Shown in pieces: positions 60,101 to 64,000 of a stretch of 64,000 nucleotides of DNA. The stretch spans positions 283,922 through 347,921 of the forward strand of contig CAZJVT010000001.1 of the NCBI GenBank assembly GCA_964549935.1. Direction: 5' to 3'. Origin of the DNA: an uncultured Candidatus Saccharibacteria bacterium. GTDB lineage: Bacteria > Patescibacteriota > Minisyncoccia > UBA6257 > 1-14-0-10-44-23. Made by a program: the position numbers and the translations under genes. Each line of letters begins with the position of its first letter. The first letter of the stretch is position 1. Below the pieces are notes generated by a model, which saw only the letters and a list, made by a program, of their open reading frames with translations, was not told where the DNA came from and searched no databases.

Positions 60101-60827
60101 TACCAATATCGAAAACCGCGACCTCTTGAAGGTTGTTACTGTTACCAGTGAGGTCACTGCCACGACGTCAAAGGCGACCCGTACCAAGAAGGCCGGCAAC
60201 ATTCAGGAGTACTTGATTCCGCGTAGCTCGACCTTAATCAGCGCCGACAAAAAGGACACGCTGAAGATTGGTGATGAGGTTAAGAAGGGTCAGCAGCTCT
60301 GTGAAGGTAACGTTGACCTGCGCGAGGTGCTCGAGCTCAAGGGCCGTCACGAAGTTGAGCGTGAAATCGTCCGTGGTGTACAGAAGATTTATATGTCTGA
60401 AGGTGCCCCGATTTCTAACAAGCACCTTGAGATCATCGTCCGCCAGATGTTTAGCCGCGTGAAGATTAAGGACGCCGGCGACAGCGACTTTATCGAGAGC
60501 GAGGTGATTGAGAAGAGCCGCTTCATGGAGGTTAACCGCGCTTTGAAGAAAGCCGGCAAGACTCCGGCCAAGGCCAAGCAGCTGCTCATGGGTATCACCA
60601 AAGTTGCGCTTTCGACTGAATCCTTCCTCTCGTCTGCATCCTTCCAGGAAACTGCCCGCGTACTCATCAATGCCGCTATGGAGGGCAAGGTGGACACGCT
60701 GCGTGGTCTTAAGGAAAACGTCATCATCGGCCGCGCGATTCCGGTTGGTGAGAATTGGGACAAAGGAGCGTTTAGTGATGCTGAAGAGCACACTGAACTC
60801 GAGGAGAAAGTTGAGGTGGCGAAGTAG
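57165..60827 (+). CDS. rpoC: RNA polymerase beta' subunit
   Basis: NADFDGD, GKQGRFRQNLLGKRVDYS, SIGEPGTQLTMRTFH. Confidence 0.99.
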   Translation: MFGSSSDFASIRLKIASPEDILTWSHGEVIKSETINYRTQRPEKDGLFSERIFGPTKDWECYCGKYRRIRYKGVVCDKCGVEVTRSIVRRERMGHIQLAAPVAQIWYFRNTPSKLALLLDVAVPKLEKVIYYAAYIVTAVNDENQKRALEQIEAEFKARKKTVESEGIDVDALKSAMSEVKKEIDNLRVGQILSESEYHDLAKRFGDVFEAGMGAGAIQKILKQLDLKKFTAELKKEIKRDVEKDETLKEARAMRRLKLVSSMQKQGMRPEWMIVTVLPVLPPDLRPMVALDGGRYATSDLNDLYRRVINRNNRLKKLMELKAPEVIIVNEKRMLQEAVDALIDNSARAGSQQLSAQRRPLRSLADMLKGKQGRFRQNLLGKRVDYSGRSVIVVGPELKLHQCGLPKKMALELFRPFVIAKIIERGLAHNVKNSNRLIEQGAPEVWAILEEVIKGRKVLLNRAPTLHRLGIQAFEPMLIEDLAIHLHPLVCAAFNADFDGDQMAVHLPLSVEAQKEASEIMLSSKNLLKPATGEPIVNPTQDMVLGAYFLTKINETAKGAKKAFSGMDEAMHAYDAGFLAVNAPIVVMRDGAKVETSLGRLIYNEALPPEIGFVNKQLNKKEIAKIVGKIIKTVGIDRTPQYLDAMKDVGFKYVTTSGITWSIADLKTPKEKAGILDKAEIQVAEIREQYMNGFLTESERKARIIQVWTDVKKEIAKLVPTALDQYASIFNIIDSGARGSWTQITQVTGMKGLVQNSRSETIELPIKSSFREGLNVLEFFIATHGARKGTTDTALKTAAAGYLTRRLVDVSQDIVVREEDCRTKEGITITRADGLEYGHQFNDRLFSRTALNDIKVNGKVLVKAGEQMDHATAEAINADEKITEVVIRSPITCKTLYGVCRMCYGFDLGKNTLIQKGEAVGVVAAQSIGEPGTQLTMRTFHIGGVAGADITNGLPRVVEIFEVRPPKGKAFLAFDDGVVTNIENRDLLKVVTVTSEVTATTSKATRTKKAGNIQEYLIPRSSTLISADKKDTLKIGDEVKKGQQLCEGNVDLREVLELKGRHEVEREIVRGVQKIYMSEGAPISNKHLEIIVRQMFSRVKIKDAGDSDFIESEVIEKSRFMEVNRALKKAGKTPAKAKQLLMGITKVALSTESFLSSASFQETARVLINAAMEGKVDTLRGLKENVIIGRAIPVGENWDKGAFSDAEEHTELEEKVEVAK

Positions 60828-60885
60828 TTGGCTGGTCAATCGGTTAATCAGTTAATCGGTTAATCAGGAGAAAAGAAAGACAGGA

Positions 60886-60924
60886 AAAACAAAAAGTCGG
60901 CCAAGGTGGTCGACTTTTTGTTTT
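60886..60924 (+). terminator. rpoBC terminator
   Basis: AAAACAAAAAGTCGGCCA-AGG-TGGTCGACTTTTTGTTTT. Confidence 0.85.
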
Positions 60925-61194
60925 GATGAGGTTTATAAAGCGCGCAGCGCGGCAGCCCGCGAGCACCCTGGACTCACAGTGCTCGCAAACTACCGCCCTG
61001 CGCGCTTTTTTTGAAAGCTCTTCAGCTGGGGATTAGGAGAGCCTTAAGGTAGCTGCGATTACGCAGCTTTTTGTCTTATAAAAATCGAGAAGGCCAGGAC
61101 CGGGGTCCTGACCTTCATCGCTTCCATGCCGCCATCCCGAGGGATGCACGGCCTGCCGGAGACTGCCGGCACGTATGAATTACGTTGACTCTAC

Positions 61195-61374
61195 CTACTT
61201 GAGTCCAGGGGCGCCCGGCGAGGCGCTAGACGGAATCTTCGATTCCGTGAGGCTCTGCCCGCAGTAGCACTGGCACAGCTCATCGCAGTGTCCTGTACCA
61301 CAGGAGCAACCGTTGCCGCTCGTGCAGTACTGCGGATTGCCCATGAAGCGTGTCACGCAATTGCATCCTTCCAT
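61195..61374 (-). CDS. Cys-rich 59-aa peptide (9 Cys); not in ORF track
   Basis: AAGGAG SD; MEGCNCVTRFMGNPQYCTSGNGCSCGTGHCDELCQCYCGQSLTESKIPSSASPGAPGLK*. Confidence 0.6.
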   Translation of the reverse strand: MEGCNCVTRFMGNPQYCTSGNGCSCGTGHCDELCQCYCGQSLTESKIPSSASPGAPGLK

Positions 61375-61435
61375 GTCCCTCTCCTTGCTTTTCGACTACA
61401 TGTCGGAACCTGTTTGTCGCGACCAGTAGAGTCTC

Positions 61436-61657
61436 CTAGACGGAGACCACCACTCCGGCCAGCTCGCTCGCCTTGGTGACGGCGTCCTTGAAGTCGCCGT
61501 TCACGATCTTCATGACCCGCGCACCACAGACCTCGCAGCCCGCCATGACGTGGGCCTTGAGCACTTTGTCTTCACCGCCGGTTCCCCAGAGGTGGCCGAG
61601 CCGGTCGATCGCCGATTCGGTCTTGTGTTCGAGACAGCCGTTTACCGGCTTGCTCAT
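61436..61657 (-). CDS. Small 73-aa protein with H-x4-CxxC motif (possible Zn finger)
   Basis: GAGGAG SD before ATG 61657; MSKPVNGCLEH...AHVMAGCEVC... Confidence 0.6.
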   Translation of the reverse strand: MSKPVNGCLEHKTESAIDRLGHLWGTGGEDKVLKAHVMAGCEVCGARVMKIVNGDFKDAVTKASELAGVVVSV

Positions 61658-61677
61658 CGGTGTTGCTCCTCTGCGCC

Positions 61678-61959
61678 TTAGGCGCCCATGAGCCAGGGGA
61701 TCAGTACACGAACGATAGTGATTGTCGCCATGATGGGCGGGAACACAGTCCCAATCCCGGCGAAGATCTTCGGCCAGAACTCCTTCCGTGCTAGAAATGC
61801 CTTGCTCCAACAACAGAAGACGAAGGCGTTGACGCACAGTTGCATCCAGCCAGCGAGCACGCTCGACCCCGCGAAGAGGCGAGCAAAGTTCGCTAGCAGG
61901 AAGAATGTGAACCCGATGATGCCCGAAATGAGCATCCACGTCGAGTGCTTATCCCGCAT
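61678..61959 (-). CDS. Small 3-TM membrane protein, 93 aa
   Basis: Three hydrophobic helices; directly downstream of a consensus promoter. Confidence 0.65.
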   Translation of the reverse strand: MRDKHSTWMLISGIIGFTFFLLANFARLFAGSSVLAGWMQLCVNAFVFCCWSKAFLARKEFWPKIFAGIGTVFPPIMATITIVRVLIPWLMGA

Positions 61960-61995
61960 GGAAGCTCGCTTTCTCTACCTTTGCAGTAGAGGTTT

Positions 61996-62024
61996 ATTAT
62001 ACACCCAAATGGTCATTTTGTCAA
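61996..62024 (-). promoter_or_regulatory. Consensus sigma70 promoter for the small-gene islet
   Basis: Minus strand TTGACA-17 bp-TATAAT. Confidence 0.85.
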
Positions 62025-62170
62025 GATATAAAAAGGCTTGTAAATAGGGGGTTCCGGGCCCCGCCCGGCAAGGCGGGGCCCGGCCTGGCATATTGCGCCC
62101 GGACCATTGACCCAAAGGGGAATTTCTGATATTCTCTTGCTACGTCGAATTTAACAATAATTATCGTTTC

Positions 62171-62608
62171 ATGAGTGAAAAAACCATGGTTTACGAGCTC
62201 GCCTATGTACTCAGAGTGGGCGAGTCTGACGCGCCTCTTAAGGCGATCCTCTCCAAAGTTGGAGCTACGATCGTCAAAGAGCAGGCTGCCAGTCAGATCC
62301 AGCTCGCTTACCCGATAAAAAAGCAGGGAGTAGCCTTATTTGGTTACTGCCACTTGACGCTTCCAACAGGAGCAGCGGTCAAGGAAATTTCTGATGCATT
62401 AGAATTAGAGAGCAGCGTTTTGCGCTTCATCATCGTCAAGATGCCGAACACGCAGAAGGCTCGCAAGGCCGCGGAGCGCAAGCTTCGTGTTGAGGCTCCG
62501 GTTACGGAGACGAAAGCAAAGTCAGCGTCGGCATTGCCGTCTACTGACCGCCTTGACGGACTCTCTAATGAAAAGTTGAGCAAGACGCTTGAGGACATCC
62601 TCAAATAA
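62171..62608 (+). CDS. rpsF: 30S ribosomal protein S6
   Basis: YEL, LAYPIKK, VLRFII; rpsF-ssb-rpsR synteny; promoter TTGACC-17-TATTCT at 62107-62135. Confidence 0.9.
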   Translation: MSEKTMVYELAYVLRVGESDAPLKAILSKVGATIVKEQAASQIQLAYPIKKQGVALFGYCHLTLPTGAAVKEISDALELESSVLRFIIVKMPNTQKARKAAERKLRVEAPVTETKAKSASALPSTDRLDGLSNEKLSKTLEDILK

Positions 62609-62611
62609 TCT

Positions 62612-63085
62612 ATGAATCTCAATAAAGTCTTCATCATCGGCAGACTTACCGCAGATCCGCAACTGCGCAGTACCAAGAGTGGACAGTCAGTAGCAGTGTT
62701 TTCGATGGCGACCAATCGTAATTGGACCGACCAGCAAAACCAGAAGCGCGAAGAAGTGGAGTTCCACAACATCGTCGTCTGGGGCAAGCAGGCGGAAATC
62801 GTCAGCAAGTTCTTGGTCAAAGGCCAGATTGCTTACATCGAGGGCCGCTTACAGACTCGCAGCTACGAAGACAAGACCGGTGCAAAGAAATACACTACCG
62901 AAATCGTTGCCGAGCGCGTCCAGTTTGGACCGAAGGCCGCCGGAGCTGGAGCGCCTAACGCTTCACGCTTCACGCAAAACGCGGATGCAAAATCCGGTGC
63001 GGGCGCACCGCAGACCCCGGCGATTGAAGAAATTCCAACGATCAACATTGATGAGGAAATTAAGGCAGAGGATTTACCGTTCTAA
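62612..63085 (+). CDS. ssb: Single-stranded DNA-binding protein
   Basis: NKVFIIGRLTADP, EGRLQTRSY, C-terminal DLPF. Confidence 0.97.
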   Translation: MNLNKVFIIGRLTADPQLRSTKSGQSVAVFSMATNRNWTDQQNQKREEVEFHNIVVWGKQAEIVSKFLVKGQIAYIEGRLQTRSYEDKTGAKKYTTEIVAERVQFGPKAAGAGAPNASRFTQNADAKSGAGAPQTPAIEEIPTINIDEEIKAEDLPF

Positions 63086-63091
63086 GTAAAT

Positions 63092-63180
63092 CCAGTAGCT
63101 AGGAGTCAGTAGCCAGGAGACAGTAAGGCCGACTCACTAGCTCCTCCTAACTACTGACTACTATCTACTAACTACTATCC
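63092..63180. repeat. Inverted pair of heptamer arrays between ssb and rpsR
   Basis: CAGTAGC TAGGAGT CAGTAGC CAGGAGA ... CCTAACT ACTGACT ACTATCT ACTAACT ACTATCC. Confidence 0.7.
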
Positions 63181-63182
63181 CT

Positions 63183-63395
63183 ATGGCATACACACCACGA
63201 CAATGCTACTTCTGCTCGCAGAACATCGAGCACCCGGACTTTAAGGATTTGGATCTTATGAAAAAGTTCATCTCCGGACAGGCGAAGATTGTTGACCCGA
63301 AGTATACGTCAACCTGCGCCCGCCACCAGCGCCGCCTCGCTATTGCGATCAAGCGCGCTCGTTTCCTGGGCTTGCTCCCGTTCGTCCGTCGCTAA
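63183..63395 (+). CDS. rpsR: 30S ribosomal protein S18 (Zn-binding form)
   Basis: CYFC, DFKD, CARHQR..AIKRAR.LGLLPF. Confidence 0.95.
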   Translation: MAYTPRQCYFCSQNIEHPDFKDLDLMKKFISGQAKIVDPKYTSTCARHQRRLAIAIKRARFLGLLPFVRR

Positions 63396-63404
63396 AGTAC
63401 TTAT

Positions 63405-63433
63405 TCAAAAGCCGCCCACTGGGCGGCTTTTGA
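63405..63433 (+). terminator. Intrinsic terminator
   Basis: TCAAAAGCCGCCC-ACT-GGGCGGCTTTTGA. Confidence 0.85.
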
Positions 63434-63469
63434 TTTGCATTATATTTTTTATTAATCTAGGCTGGAATT

Positions 63470-64000
63470 ATGAACAAAATCCCGCGGACAACGTTGTTTA
63501 TGATTCAGTCGGTAGACGGTAAAATTTCGAGCGGCGATACCGACGCTGTTGACGTCGACCGTGATTGGAAGCGCATCGTTGGGGTCAAAGAAGGTTTGCC
63601 GCAGTATTACGCCTTAGAAAAGCGGACAGACCATGTCTCTTTTAATACCGGCCGGGTGATGGCGAAAATCGGTATCAATACGCGGACTACGATTCCGCCG
63701 AAGTTGCCGCGGCTCTTTTTTGTACTCGTGGACAATAAGCCGCATTTGAATCAGCAAGGTTTACGATATTTATCCGGTTGGCTCGGGCATGTTTTTATCG
63801 TTACGACTAATAAAAAGCATCCGGCTTTTGCATTGCAAAAAGAAGTTGCAAATATCACGGTCCTGCTGTATCCGAAGCAGATTAATTTCCGCCACTTGTT
63901 TGAGACGCTGTATAGCACTTATAAGTTTAAACGGGTGACTATCCAGTCCGGAGGCACTATGAATACGAAGCTCGTGCGCGAGGGAATTATTGATCGCATT
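63470..64000 (+). CDS. RibD C-terminal/DHFR-like protein, 3'-truncated by the window
   Basis: MNKIPRTTLFMIQSVDGKIS... and IQSGGTMN..LVREGIID near the window end. Confidence 0.75.
   Translation, partial: MNKIPRTTLFMIQSVDGKISSGDTDAVDVDRDWKRIVGVKEGLPQYYALEKRTDHVSFNTGRVMAKIGINTRTTIPPKLPRLFFVLVDNKPHLNQQGLRYLSGWLGHVFIVTTNKKHPAFALQKEVANITVLLYPKQINFRHLFETLYSTYKFKRVTIQSGGTMNTKLVREGIIDRI

Noticed and set aside
61436-61939. 167-aa ORF as a single gene
   Set aside because: Its 5' part overlaps the 93-aa membrane ORF in another frame; the SD-led ATG at 61657 defines a better 73-aa gene.

Overview
Chromosomal segment of a small-genome bacterium, most likely Patescibacteria/CPR (Parcubacteria-like; inferred from gene content, a short DnaX, rpoBC detached from rplJL, and SD-less or leaderless starts). 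Core genes include rpoB-rpoC, rpsF-ssb-rpsR, dnaX, scpA-scpB, mraY, rodA/ftsW, mltG, engB and tRNA-Gln(UUG). Envelope and accessory genes include two Ig-like surface proteins, ABC-F, ABC-2 and MacAB-like transporters with an ECF sigma factor, a 2173-aa alpha-2-macroglobulin with a convergent PbpC, a Pif1-like helicase and many membrane hypotheticals. The most unusual signals lie outside the annotated ORFs. (1) A ~450-nt promoter-to-terminator, highly structured, apparently non-coding unit at 4947-5400. (2) A 291-bp GIY-YIG mini-element with 20-bp terminal inverted repeats and a TATG duplication. (3) A family of bulged long palindromes, one inserted in frame inside pbpC. (4) Three mosaic palindromic sites with core ATTCGCRCGAAT that look like recombination products. 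(5) Two GC-rich islets of small Shine-Dalgarno-led orphan genes, including a 9-Cys peptide, in a genome whose core genes lack SD motifs. (6) A recurring ECF-type promoter motif and duplicated gene 3' ends. All calls come from reading the sequence by eye; no searches or folding were run.
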